From Candidatus Shapirobacteria bacterium (GTDB lineage: Bacteria > Patescibacteriota > Microgenomatia > UBA12405), in assembly GCA_041661765.1 (NCBI GenBank), contig JBAZTV010000001.1:135755-199754 (forward strand): a DNA stretch of 64,000 bases, read 5' to 3'. Made by a program: the position numbers and the translations under genes. The notes under the pieces are model-generated. The model was given only the letters and a program-made list of their open reading frames with translations. It was not told the origin of the DNA and did not search any database. Positions 48,780-58,133 of the stretch are shown here, in pieces; position 1 is the first letter of the stretch, and each line of letters opens with the position of its first letter.

Positions 48780-49838
48780 ATGTCAATTTCTTTTTTATTG
48801 GCTATTGTAATTTCTACAGGTATTTCTTTTTTTTTCACTCCATTGGTTAGAAATTTTTTTATTAAGAAGAACTGGATTGAAAATCCAAGAGAAAAACAAA
48901 AAAAAACTCACAACGCTACCGCAGTTTCTTCCGTTCCTCGGGGCGGGGGAGTTCCCATTTTTATTGCTGTTTTGATCACCTCAATTATTTTTCTTCCTCT
49001 CGATAAACATTTAATTGGAATTATTTTAGCCAGCCTAATTACTCTTATTGTCGGATTATTCGATGATATTAAAGATATTAGCCCTAAAATAAGATTTTTG
49101 TTTAATATCATTGTTGCTCTGATTATTGTCGCCTCTGGTATTGGTATCGCTTTTATTTCCAATCCCATCACTGGCGGTATCATTGATCTCTCATTTTTAA
49201 AAATAAATTTTAATTTTTTTGGCCCCCACAGTATTTGGGTTATTTCTGATCTTTTAGCGATTTTTTGGATTATTTGGTGTATGAATATTGTTGGTTGGGC
49301 CACTGGTGTTGATGGACAACTTCCTGGTTTTGTTGCTATTTCTGCTTTTTTTATCGGTCTTTTAGCTATTCGTTATTCTACTGATATTACTCAATGGTCA
49401 GTCATAATTCTTGCCGGTGCTGTTTGTGGCTCCTACTTAGGTTTTTTACCTTTTAATTTTTTTCCTCAATCAATCATGCCCGGTTACAGTGGTAAAAGCC
49501 TTGCGGGTTTTCTATTAGCAGTTCTTGCGATTCTTTCTGGAGCCAAACTAGCTACTCTAATTTTTCTTCTTTTTATTCCCATGCTTGACGCTATCTACAC
49601 TATTCTTCGCAGAATCATTAATAAAAAACCTATTTATATTGGTGATGGTAAACATTTCCATCACCAACTTCTTAAAATTGGTTGGTCGCGTCGTTCCATT
49701 GCTATCTTCTACTGGTTTATCAGCTTAATACTTGGAATTATTTCTTTATACTTAAACAGTCAACAAAAGCTATATTTCTTTTTAGCCTGTTCTTTTCTAA
49801 TATTTGGAATTTTCATTAATTTTTCAAAGCGTAAGTAG
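48780..49838 (+). CDS. MraY/WecA/TagO family polyprenyl-phosphate HexNAc-1-phosphate transferase
   Basis: PRGGG, GLFDD, GVDG, FNF.P and HFHH. Confidence 0.9.
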   Translation: MSISFLLAIVISTGISFFFTPLVRNFFIKKNWIENPREKQKKTHNATAVSSVPRGGGVPIFIAVLITSIIFLPLDKHLIGIILASLITLIVGLFDDIKDISPKIRFLFNIIVALIIVASGIGIAFISNPITGGIIDLSFLKINFNFFGPHSIWVISDLLAIFWIIWCMNIVGWATGVDGQLPGFVAISAFFIGLLAIRYSTDITQWSVIILAGAVCGSYLGFLPFNFFPQSIMPGYSGKSLAGFLLAVLAILSGAKLATLIFLLFIPMLDAIYTILRRIINKKPIYIGDGKHFHHQLLKIGWSRRSIAIFYWFISLILGIISLYLNSQQKLYFFLACSFLIFGIFINFSKRK

Positions 49839-50619
49839 TCGAAATCCATCCACTTTTACTACTTCCTAAATCAATTTTATACCAATCTGTTTCTTCGTCT
49901 AATAAAACATAACTCACACCCGGTTTAACTTTTATTATTTCTTTACTTGAACTAGAATTAGATTCTCTTACTTTTAACCATCCGGTCTCAGTTTCTTTTA
50001 TAGTTACTTTTTGACCTTGATCTACATTTAAGCCACTACTTGTTGCCTCTATTGGTGCTTCAATTATTTTACTAATATCATTTTTTTCTTCCGCTAATTG
50101 CGCATTAACTACTAATTGATATCCAGTAATTGCTTTCATAAAAACATTCACATCTTTATATCCTGGAAAAGATATTACTAATTGTCTATCGCCTTCACTT
50201 AATTCATTTACTTTAATTGGTGAAATTCCTTTAACCTCCCCGTCAATTTTTATAGTTGTTTTATCTGGATTTGTGTTGACCAACAAAGATGCCTTTTTAC
50301 CTCCTGTCTTTTCCAAATACAAAATATAACCACTATCTCCACCAGAGTCATCACCTAACTGCCAATCTATCACCGTGTTTATATTATTTTGCAACTCTAT
50401 CGTCTTTTTCCACTCTCTTACTCCAGTTACTAATTTAACCTCATTATCGCCAGGTTTCAAATCCAAATTTTTATATGGAGTCGATCCCATCTCTTTATTA
50501 TTAATAAAAACTTTAGCTGTTGGATAACTCATTATTTCTAACCCTGATTTTTTCGGACTTAAACTACAGCCACCCAACAAAGATGAAGCCAAAACCAATA
50601 TTAAAAATTTCTTTAGCAT
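49816..50619 (-). CDS. PEGA + SH3b domain lipoprotein
   Basis: LGGC lipobox, PEGA repeats (GSTP, GISP), WLKVR...WYKI...GWIS. Confidence 0.85.
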   Translation of the reverse strand: MLKKFLILVLASSLLGGCSLSPKKSGLEIMSYPTAKVFINNKEMGSTPYKNLDLKPGDNEVKLVTGVREWKKTIELQNNINTVIDWQLGDDSGGDSGYILYLEKTGGKKASLLVNTNPDKTTIKIDGEVKGISPIKVNELSEGDRQLVISFPGYKDVNVFMKAITGYQLVVNAQLAEEKNDISKIIEAPIEATSSGLNVDQGQKVTIKETETGWLKVRESNSSSSKEIIKVKPGVSYVLLDEETDWYKIDLGSSKSGWISTTYALKN

Positions 50620-50633
50620 TATCTACTAGTTTA

Positions 50634-51272
50634 TCAAAAACTATCCACTAGTTCTTTAAATTTACCAACCATCCCAATATTTTCCTTCCTTTTAAGACTT
50701 TTTTTATTTTTGATTATTTTTAAAACTTCTTCCGGACTGTCGGCGAAAGCATAAACTTTCCGTTCAATCCTATCAAAGTTTAAATTTTCCACCAAAGATT
50801 CTATTGTTTTTTTCCAACAATCACCAAAAAACACTAACGGTTCATGTTTTCCATATTCAAATTTTGCCTTTTCCCAAACCAATGCTAATTCTGCCATCGT
50901 ACCAGTGCCACCTTTAAAAACGATATGAGCATCAGCCAACTCCACTATTTTTTCAGTTCTATCTTGAATTGTTTTAGTTCTGTAAATTTGATTAAGATCT
51001 TTTTCTTTTTCAATAACGTTCCCCTCATAATTTTTGCCCATATCAACTTTTTCATCAATTATTACCACTTCCACTTTTCCATTTACTGATTTTGCCCCCA
51101 AAGTTGAAGCCAACATTACTCCTGGCCCTCCACCATTCACAATAATATATCCATTTTCTGCCAATAATTTTGCCGTGTTAAAAGCATCAATATAGTGCTG
51201 GTCTGTTTTTTTAGCCCCAGAATCCCCAAAGAAAGATACCCTTTTAATTTTTTTCTTAGTTATTGCCAACAT
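50634..51272 (-). CDS. LOG family protein
   Basis: NGGGPGVM and GGTGTMAEL. Confidence 0.85.
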   Translation of the reverse strand: MLAITKKKIKRVSFFGDSGAKKTDQHYIDAFNTAKLLAENGYIIVNGGGPGVMLASTLGAKSVNGKVEVVIIDEKVDMGKNYEGNVIEKEKDLNQIYRTKTIQDRTEKIVELADAHIVFKGGTGTMAELALVWEKAKFEYGKHEPLVFFGDCWKKTIESLVENLNFDRIERKVYAFADSPEEVLKIIKNKKSLKRKENIGMVGKFKELVDSF

Positions 51273-51897
51273 ATTTTAGTTTTTCAAAATTATCATCTAC
51301 CATACCATTAAAAATTGCTCCCCCGCAATAAGCAATTTCAACTCCAATATTTTTTATTTTTTTAATGGTCTCAAAATCAACTCCACCGTCAATTCCAATT
51401 TCAAAATTCATTTCTTTTTCTTTTCTCAAATTCACCAAAGCTTCTATTTTTTTTAAGATTTTTTCATCAAATTCAACAACTTTAAATCCAGCCTTTCTTC
51501 CCATTAATAAAATTAAATCAGTTTCAAAAGGTATTTCGCCTACTTCTGTTTCCACATCAAAAGCCAATCCTGCCTCTAACCCCATGTCTTTTATTTCTTC
51601 CACAAACTTTTCCCTATTGGACATCTTCTCCACTTGTCCAATAATTCTCGATGCTCCGACAAAATTACACTTTTCAATCCATTTAATAGGTTCTTTCACC
51701 ATCAAATGTATTTCCAATAAATTATTTTGTATTTCTTTTTGAATTTTATTCACCAATTCCAATTCAAAACTTTTTCCTTCAGTAAAAAAACCATCAATCA
51801 CATCAATTTGTATCCACCGAGTTTTATCTTTAATTAATTTTATTTTTGTTTCGGCTATTGAAAAATCTTTTTCTAAAATAGTTGGTATTATCTGCAT
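51256..51897 (-). CDS. rpe: Ribulose-phosphate 3-epimerase
   Basis: IDVIDG, EIHLMV and IDGGV. Confidence 0.88.
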   Translation of the reverse strand: MQIIPTILEKDFSIAETKIKLIKDKTRWIQIDVIDGFFTEGKSFELELVNKIQKEIQNNLLEIHLMVKEPIKWIEKCNFVGASRIIGQVEKMSNREKFVEEIKDMGLEAGLAFDVETEVGEIPFETDLILLMGRKAGFKVVEFDEKILKKIEALVNLRKEKEMNFEIGIDGGVDFETIKKIKNIGVEIAYCGGAIFNGMVDDNFEKLKYVGNN

Positions 51898-52932
51898 TTA
51901 TTTATCCGAAATAGCAATTGCATTTTCAATTAATCTACAACTGTATCCATATTCATTATCATACCAGGCTCCAATCGAAACCATATCATCAGAAATCACT
52001 TTAGTCATTTCAGAATCAATCACACATGAAGCATTGTTCCCCAAAATATCAGAAGAAACCAGCGGTTCGTAAGACACTTTCAATTTACCCACCAACTCCG
52101 GATCAAAACTGGCTTCTTCGAAAATAGAATTAATTTCTTCTACCGTTGTTTTGCGAACTAACTTAAAAGTTAAATCAGAATAACTACCACAAACCACTGG
52201 CACCCTAATTGCTGTTCCTCCAAATCTTCCCTTAGCTTCGGGATAAGCTGCTATTACTGCCTCCGCCGCTCCGGTTGTTGTCGGCACAATGTTTATTGCT
52301 GCCGCTCTCGCTCTTCTAGGGTCTTTACCATTACCATCCACCAAATTTTGATTAGTAGTATAAGCATGAATAGTTGTTAAAGTTCCTTCTTGAAAGCCAA
52401 TTTTTTCATCAATTAATTTCACGATTGGCGCCACACAATTAGTAGTACAAGATCCATTTGAAATTAATTTTTCTCCTTTATATTTATCACCATTAACTCC
52501 TAAAATATAAGTCGGAATGGAGTTACCCTTACACGGGGCACTGATAATTACCTTTTTAGCCCCCGCCTTTATGTGTGCCAGCGCCTTATTATCAGTAAAA
52601 GCTCCGGTGCATTCCAATACCACATCCACATCTTTCCACGGAATTTTTGTCGGATCCATTTGACCAAACACTGGGATTGAATTATCACCCACTTCCAACC
52701 TGCCAATCTCCATTGCTTTTTGTGGTCCAGAAAATCCAACTTTCCATGGTGATCTTCCATAAACAGAGTCATATTTAAATTGCATAGCAAAAGTTTCTAT
52801 ATCAAATCGACCATCAGTATTAATTGCTGCCACTTCCACGTCATATTTTTCCGCAAATATCGCCCTTAAAACTACACTTCCAATCCTTCCAAAACCGTTA
52901 ATCCCAATTCTTATTTTTTTATCTTGTTTCAT
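51898..52932 (-). CDS. gap: Glyceraldehyde-3-phosphate dehydrogenase, type I
   Basis: GINGFGRIG, SCTTNC and WYDNEYGY. Confidence 0.96.
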   Translation of the reverse strand: MKQDKKIRIGINGFGRIGSVVLRAIFAEKYDVEVAAINTDGRFDIETFAMQFKYDSVYGRSPWKVGFSGPQKAMEIGRLEVGDNSIPVFGQMDPTKIPWKDVDVVLECTGAFTDNKALAHIKAGAKKVIISAPCKGNSIPTYILGVNGDKYKGEKLISNGSCTTNCVAPIVKLIDEKIGFQEGTLTTIHAYTTNQNLVDGNGKDPRRARAAAINIVPTTTGAAEAVIAAYPEAKGRFGGTAIRVPVVCGSYSDLTFKLVRKTTVEEINSIFEEASFDPELVGKLKVSYEPLVSSDILGNNASCVIDSEMTKVISDDMVSIGAWYDNEYGYSCRLIENAIAISDK

Positions 52933-52946
52933 ATATTAATAATAAA

Positions 52947-54005
52947 CTATTCCCAAGCAGGAAGTGAACCTTTAATTAAAAATTCTAACATTACTCCACC
53001 ACCAGAACAAACAAAATCAATCTTATTTTCCAACCCCAGATTTACAATTGATGCTACTGTATCACCGCCGGCAATTATTTTATAAGCGTTTGAACCAGCA
53101 ATCGCTTTGGCAATTTCCTCAGTTCCTTTTTTGCAATTTCCTTTTTCATAAAACCCCATTGCTCCCGCCCAAATAATCATTTTAGCCTCATAAATTATTT
53201 TTTTAAATTTTTCAATATCTTCATCGCTTAAATCCAATCCATCCTCCCTCAATTCTGCCACTAAAATTTTAGCCTCCCTGTCAAGGGAGGTGCCCGAAGG
53301 GCGGAGGGTTTTAATCAATTTTGGTAATTTACCGCCAATTAATATTTGGTCAGTCATTTTTGCCAATTCACCCAAATTTTTCAATTTATCCTCCTTAACT
53401 CCACCTAAAATCACCACTAAACCTTTATTATTCTGCTTTGCAGAATTTTCTAAAATTAAATCTATTTTTCCTACCTCTTTCACGAAATCTAAGCCATAAT
53501 AAGTCTCCATTTCTCGATGTAACATTATCGATGCTGCCGCTCGATGGGCGACGGCAAATGCATCATTCACATAAACCGTCGCATATTTTTTTAATACCGA
53601 AAACAGGGCTGTATTACCATCTTCTTCCTCTTTATAAAATCTCAGATTTTCTCCAAAAATTATTTCATTTTCAGAAATTGCCTTTTTAATTTTTTCTTCA
53701 TTTTTTATATCATCCACAAAAACATTTTTTACACAATCTCCACCACAATCGGCCTCCAAAATCTCCATCAATTCTAAGTAAATTGGCCTTAAAGATAAAT
53801 TATTTTCTTTATTTTTTGGCCTGCCCAAGTGCCCCACTATTACTATTTTATTTTCTCTCTCCAATAGTAATTTAATTATTGGAATCGATTTTATCAATCG
53901 ACTACTATCTAAAATTTGGCCGTCCATCATTGGCAAATCCAAATCCATTCGCAAAATAACTACATTTCCTTCGTTAATATTTTCAACCGAGTTTAGTTTT
54001 TTCAT
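52947..54005 (-). CDS. pgk: Phosphoglycerate kinase
   Basis: HLGRP, ENLRF, NDAFAVAHR, GGDT and SGGG; start MKKLN at 54005. Confidence 0.93.
   Translation of the reverse strand: MKKLNSVENINEGNVVILRMDLDLPMMDGQILDSSRLIKSIPIIKLLLERENKIVIVGHLGRPKNKENNLSLRPIYLELMEILEADCGGDCVKNVFVDDIKNEEKIKKAISENEIIFGENLRFYKEEEDGNTALFSVLKKYATVYVNDAFAVAHRAAASIMLHREMETYYGLDFVKEVGKIDLILENSAKQNNKGLVVILGGVKEDKLKNLGELAKMTDQILIGGKLPKLIKTLRPSGTSLDREAKILVAELREDGLDLSDEDIEKFKKIIYEAKMIIWAGAMGFYEKGNCKKGTEEIAKAIAGSNAYKIIAGGDTVASIVNLGLENKIDFVCSGGGVMLEFLIKGSLPAWE
53272..53312 (+). repeat. Palindromic repeat family copy, in-frame in pgk (KTLRPSGTSLDREA)
   Basis: GCCTCCCTGTCAAGGGAGGT-GCCCGAAGGGC-GGAGGGTTTT. Confidence 0.8.
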
Positions 54006-54438
54006 ATTTTTTAATTTTATTAATTCTTCTAATAAATCTCTCTTCACTGGCAAAAACCGTTTCTAAAAATATTTCAATAATTCTAAAATTTGTTTCTTCG
54101 TCCACTAAACCAGCCGATAAACATAAAATATTAGCATCGTCATCTGTTCTTGCCAATCGAGCCTGTTTTTCATTTGTCACCAGTGCCGCTCTAGCCCCAT
54201 CAACTTTATTAGCCGAAATACAAATCCCCACTCCAGACTCACAAATTAAAATTCCTTTAGTATTTTCCATTACCACTTTTTCTGCCAATTTTATGGCTAT
54301 ATCACTATAATCATCATCTTGATTGTATTTAGTTGGTCCTAAATCTTTTATTTTATATTCCCGATCTCTCAAAAACTCCAACACTTTATTTTTTAAATTC
54401 ATACCTCGATGATCAGCTCCAACATAAATCACACTCAT
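53983..54438 (-). CDS. rpiB: Ribose-5-phosphate isomerase B
   Basis: GADHRG, DDYSD, ICESGVG, ANKVDG and ANILCL. Confidence 0.9.
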   Translation of the reverse strand: MSVIYVGADHRGMNLKNKVLEFLRDREYKIKDLGPTKYNQDDDYSDIAIKLAEKVVMENTKGILICESGVGICISANKVDGARAALVTNEKQARLARTDDDANILCLSAGLVDEETNFRIIEIFLETVFASEERFIRRINKIKKYEKTKLG

Positions 54439-54477
54439 AATTTAATATAGCATCAATAGGTTAAAATATCCTTAATC

Positions 54478-55170
54478 ATGAATATTATTTCGCTTCAAAA
54501 TCAATCATTCGAATATGAAATCAATCGCAAAGGTATTAGATCCATTCGTCTCAAACTAATTTCTCAAAATAGTTTTCAAATTTCATGTCCTCATCTCACT
54601 CCAGATTTTTTAATCAAAAAATTTATTAAAGATAATTCTCTTTGGATTATTAATCATTCTGATAAAATTACTTCCAAAAAAGCAATTTTAGATTTAAAAA
54701 GCCTTCAAATACTAGAAAATAATTATGAAATTCAATGGATAAAAACACAAAGGGATTCGGTCATTATTAATGAAGATGAACAAAAAATTTATTCAAATAT
54801 CACCATCATTTCTGAAACCCATGCTAAAAAAATTTTAGAGTCAAAATTAAGACCTTTTGCCTTAAAATTAATTAAAAAAGAATTGCAAAATTTATCAAAA
54901 GAATTTTGTTTTAAATACAATAATGTCACCGTTCGTAATCAAAGTTCTCGCTACGGTTCTTGCTCCAGCCGTGGCAATTTGAATTTTAATTGGCAGATTA
55001 TTTTTTTCCCCTATCCTCAGCTTCGTCACATTTTATTACATGAATTAACCCATCTTGACATTAAAAATCATTCATCAAAATTTTGGAGCCAATTAACCGT
55101 TTATGATTCAAATTGCAAAAATCATAATCTCTGGCTCAAAAAAGAGGGGACTAAATATTTTTTATTTTAA
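54478..55170 (+). CDS. M48/YgjP-like (DUF45) metallopeptidase-family protein
   Basis: SRYGSCS and HELTH...NHS..FW. Confidence 0.88.
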   Translation: MNIISLQNQSFEYEINRKGIRSIRLKLISQNSFQISCPHLTPDFLIKKFIKDNSLWIINHSDKITSKKAILDLKSLQILENNYEIQWIKTQRDSVIINEDEQKIYSNITIISETHAKKILESKLRPFALKLIKKELQNLSKEFCFKYNNVTVRNQSSRYGSCSSRGNLNFNWQIIFFPYPQLRHILLHELTHLDIKNHSSKFWSQLTVYDSNCKNHNLWLKKEGTKYFLF

Positions 55171-55601
55171 ATTGCCCTTTCTGATGATCGGGGCAGTAAG
55201 GGCAATTTAATTTCACTTACAACAATGGAGCAGTTGGACCGTTTGTTTTAACCCAATTTATTGAGTCAATAGCTGCTTGTCTTGAAGAATAACCTTCACT
55301 CCAACAGACTATTTGATTATTGGCTGCTACAAGCCTCCAATGATAAAAACGATCTTGCCCTATGTAAATTTCATATCTTATTCGCATAGTGTTTTTTAAA
55401 TAAATAATCTACCACTAGTGTGTATTACATAAATTATACGCTACAAATAGTGCTTATAAAATATAAAAAAATATATCTCAATATCACAAACTATCACAAA
55501 TAAACAATTCATATATAAAAATATCTTTTAAGTATCAAAAAACATCACTTAAAAAATAAAATCACAATCTCTGGCTCAAAAAAGAGGGGACTAAATATTT
55601 T
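55118..55601 (+). repeat. 44-bp direct repeat (1 mismatch) duplicating the 3' end of the YgjP-like gene
   Basis: AAAATCAYAATCTCTGGCTCAAAAAAGAGGGGACTAAATATTTT at 55118-55161 and 55558-55601. Confidence 0.85.
55217..55387 (-). CDS. YegP/DUF1508 domain small protein, 56 aa (not in the ORF track)
   Basis: Manual translation MRIRYEIYIGQDRFYHWRLVAANNQIVCWSEGYSSRQAAIDSINWVKTNGPTAPLL. Confidence 0.8.
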   Translation of the reverse strand: MRIRYEIYIGQDRFYHWRLVAANNQIVCWSEGYSSRQAAIDSINWVKTNGPTAPLL

Positions 55602-55709
55602 ATTTTTAGTTAAAGTTGTTTTTGTTAATTTTTATGGTAAAATTCCAGTAAAGTTGCAAATAGCACCTTTAAAATTTGGCGAAATAAATACTAGAGAGGG
55701 GTAATTAAA

Positions 55710-56168
55710 ATGACGGAATTCAACAATCATCTTCCTGATTTTTTTGACGTAGACAGCTCGATAGCAGATAACCATCGTGATCTTCTTCTTAATGCCTACA
55801 ATAACCCTGAAAATACTGGAAATTTTATTTTAGTAGATACCAAAAATTTGAGAGTAGTCATTAATACAATCAAACAGGAGCTTTCTTATTGTCCCTTTGA
55901 AATTGTACCTGAAACTGGAAATATAAAATATGCCCAAACGCTTCATGGTTACCGTGATGCCCAAAAATATATTTTTAAAATTGATGCTAGGAATAGTTTT
56001 AATCAGGAAATTAGCAACAATTTTAATTGGCCAGTTTTTTCCTTAAATTTCCCATATAAAATACCAACTTATTGTTTTTATTTTATTCTAAACCAAAAGG
56101 ATCTATCTCTTTTTGCTGAGTTATTTTCCAATTGGTTATCTAAAATAGATTTACCATTTTCAGACTAA
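55710..56168 (+). CDS. Hypothetical protein (orphan-like)
   Basis: SD GAGGGGG; boxA-like motif upstream at 55663. Confidence 0.65.
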   Translation: MTEFNNHLPDFFDVDSSIADNHRDLLLNAYNNPENTGNFILVDTKNLRVVINTIKQELSYCPFEIVPETGNIKYAQTLHGYRDAQKYIFKIDARNSFNQEISNNFNWPVFSLNFPYKIPTYCFYFILNQKDLSLFAELFSNWLSKIDLPFSD

Positions 56169-56204
56169 ATTCCCTAACTCATTTAAAAAAAGGAGGTGAA
56201 TAAA

Positions 56205-56324
56205 TTGTTTATCGATTATTCTAAAGACCCTGTAAAAAGTCTACCAACCCCAGGTACTATTAAGATTATTTCACTACCCAAAACGATTTCATCGGAAATT
56301 CCTTTTAAAAAACTCTGTATTTAA
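56205..56324 (+). CDS. Possible 39-aa small protein
   Basis: Perfect SD AAGGAGGTGA then TTG; MFIDYSKDPVKSLPTPGTIKIISLPKTISSEIPFKKLCI. Confidence 0.4.
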   Translation: MFIDYSKDPVKSLPTPGTIKIISLPKTISSEIPFKKLCI

Positions 56325-56337
56325 ACCAAATCCATTC

Positions 56338-56395
56338 CACCCTTCAATACTATTTTGATCACAAAAGTGATTTAGTAAAGAAGGGTGTTTTTTTT
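56338..56395 (+). terminator. Hairpin with U-tract
   Basis: CACCCTTC...GAAGGGTG followed by a T run. Confidence 0.6.
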
Positions 56396-57173
56396 ATATT
56401 ACTATTTCAATACCAACAGGACAATGATCTGACCCTTCAATTTCAGGCATAATAAACGCCGATTTTACCTTATTTTTTAACGATTCATCCACAAAAAAAT
56501 AATCAATTCTCCAACCCACATTTCTTTTTCGAGCCCCGCTTCGTTGACTCCACCAAGAATAATTATTTGGTTCTTTATTAAATAGTCTAAAAGTATCCAC
56601 ATAGCCATTTTTAATTACCTTATCAATCCAGTTTCTTTCAATTTCCAAAAAGCCTGAAACCATTTCATTATCCTTTGGTCTGGCCAAATCTATTTCTTCA
56701 TGAGCCGTGTTTATATCACCACAAAAAATTATTTTTTCACCACTATCTCTTAATTCATTTATATATTTCAAAAAATAATCATAAAATTTCATTTTATAAT
56801 CTAATCGACCCTTATCTCTTTTACCGTTTGGAAAATAAACATTAAATAAAGTAAATTCATCAAATTTAGTGATAATTACTCGACCTTCATCATCCCAATC
56901 ATTATCTAGATCACCTACAATCACATTTCTAGGTTCAATTTTACTAAAAGTTGCCACTCCAGAATAGCCCGCTTTTTCTGCTGGATTCCAATAATTTAAA
57001 TAATCATTTGGATAATCATCCTCAATTCTGCTTTGCAGAACTTGTTCCGGACGGGCCTTAATTTCTTGAAAACAATATATATCAGCATCAATTTTCTTCA
57101 TTTTCTGCCACAAACCCTTTTTAACTGCTGCCCTCATTCCCGCCAAATTCCAAGAAATTATTTTTACTTTCAT
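56394..57173 (-). CDS. xth: Exodeoxyribonuclease III / AP endonuclease
   Basis: SWN, QEIK, YFPNG, GDIN.AH, GWRIDY and SDHCP. Confidence 0.95.
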   Translation of the reverse strand: MKVKIISWNLAGMRAAVKKGLWQKMKKIDADIYCFQEIKARPEQVLQSRIEDDYPNDYLNYWNPAEKAGYSGVATFSKIEPRNVIVGDLDNDWDDEGRVIITKFDEFTLFNVYFPNGKRDKGRLDYKMKFYDYFLKYINELRDSGEKIIFCGDINTAHEEIDLARPKDNEMVSGFLEIERNWIDKVIKNGYVDTFRLFNKEPNNYSWWSQRSGARKRNVGWRIDYFFVDESLKNKVKSAFIMPEIEGSDHCPVGIEIVI

Positions 57174-57213
57174 AATTTATTGTATCAATTTGCTATAATA
57201 ATCCACATCATTA

Positions 57214-57285
57214 CCAGCGGTGACCGAACGGTTAGGTGGCAGTCTGTAAAACTGTTTTGAGCAGGTTCGACTCCTGCCCGCTGGA
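57214..57285 (+). tRNA. tRNA-Tyr(GTA) with C1-G72 and a short variable loop
   Basis: CCAGCGG/CCGCTGG with A73; GCAGT-CTGTAAA-ACTGT; 5-nt variable region; GGTTCGACTCC. Confidence 0.9.
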
Positions 57286-57372
57286 CATAACTTACAATAT
57301 TTGATTTTTCCCAAATTTCACGATAAAATCACGTGTACTTTCAAACTAAATTTTAAAGGGAGGGTAATTTTA

Positions 57373-57720
57373 ATGGCAGAATTTGAAAGATTTTGGCCTT
57401 TTTTGGTAATAATTTTAATTGCCTTAGTCACAACAGCCATTGCTTGCTGGAAAACAACACTAGACTCAACCACAAAAGAAAAAGATTTTTTAGGTTTTCC
57501 TGTTTGGTTTATTCCATTAGGGTATCTAGTAATTGCGTGGCTTTTTGGAGGATCTATTAATTTAAACAAACCAATCAGTATACTTGGTGCATTGTTTGTT
57601 TATGGGCTTTCAGTCGTAATCCTTTTTAAGGCGCGTCATTTACCATCCGATTTAAAATGGTATTACCCAATTAGAGCAGCTGTTGTGATTTTAATAATCG
57701 CAAATAGTTGTTTGTCTTAA
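57373..57720 (+). CDS. Hypothetical 4-TM protein (orphan-like)
   Basis: ATG 57373 after SD GGGAGGG; promoter TTGATT-17-TAAAAT and boxA-like motif upstream. Confidence 0.65.
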   Translation: MAEFERFWPFLVIILIALVTTAIACWKTTLDSTTKEKDFLGFPVWFIPLGYLVIAWLFGGSINLNKPISILGALFVYGLSVVILFKARHLPSDLKWYYPIRAAVVILIIANSCLS

Positions 57721-57896
57721 AATTTAGTTAAATAGCGTCGATAAAAAAGGGAAATAAAGTTGTTTTATATGCATATCGCATATTCCAACAACCAATTTTT
57801 CTTTTTAATAATATCGGCGCTTTTTTCTTGTCAAATTTATTACAGATTAAACTCATATCCTATGGACATTTCCATTTTTCCACGTATAGTCACTCT

Positions 57897-58133
57897 ATGA
57901 AGGATAAAATTATTGATGTTGTTAGTTGGTGTGGTACATTTGTTGCAATTTTAGCCTATATTTTGGTTAGTTTTAAAATTATTCAACCGAACCTGATTTA
58001 TCAAATTCTCAATATTTCTGCTGCTATGAGCATTGCTATTGTTTCTTTTCATAAAAAAGTTTATCAACCCGCCGTTCTAAATATAATTTCCGTATTAATT
58101 GGAACTATTGCCATAGTAAAATACTATTTATAG
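57897..58133 (+). CDS. Small membrane protein (CBU_0592-like)
   Basis: W.G....ILAY.L...YQILN...KK.YQP..LN pattern. Confidence 0.7.
   Translation: MKDKIIDVVSWCGTFVAILAYILVSFKIIQPNLIYQILNISAAMSIAIVSFHKKVYQPAVLNIISVLIGTIAIVKYYL

Noticed and set aside
55181-55200. CTGATGA as a third hammerhead
   Set aside because: No stem II followed by GAAA; it lies in the loop region of an ordinary hairpin.
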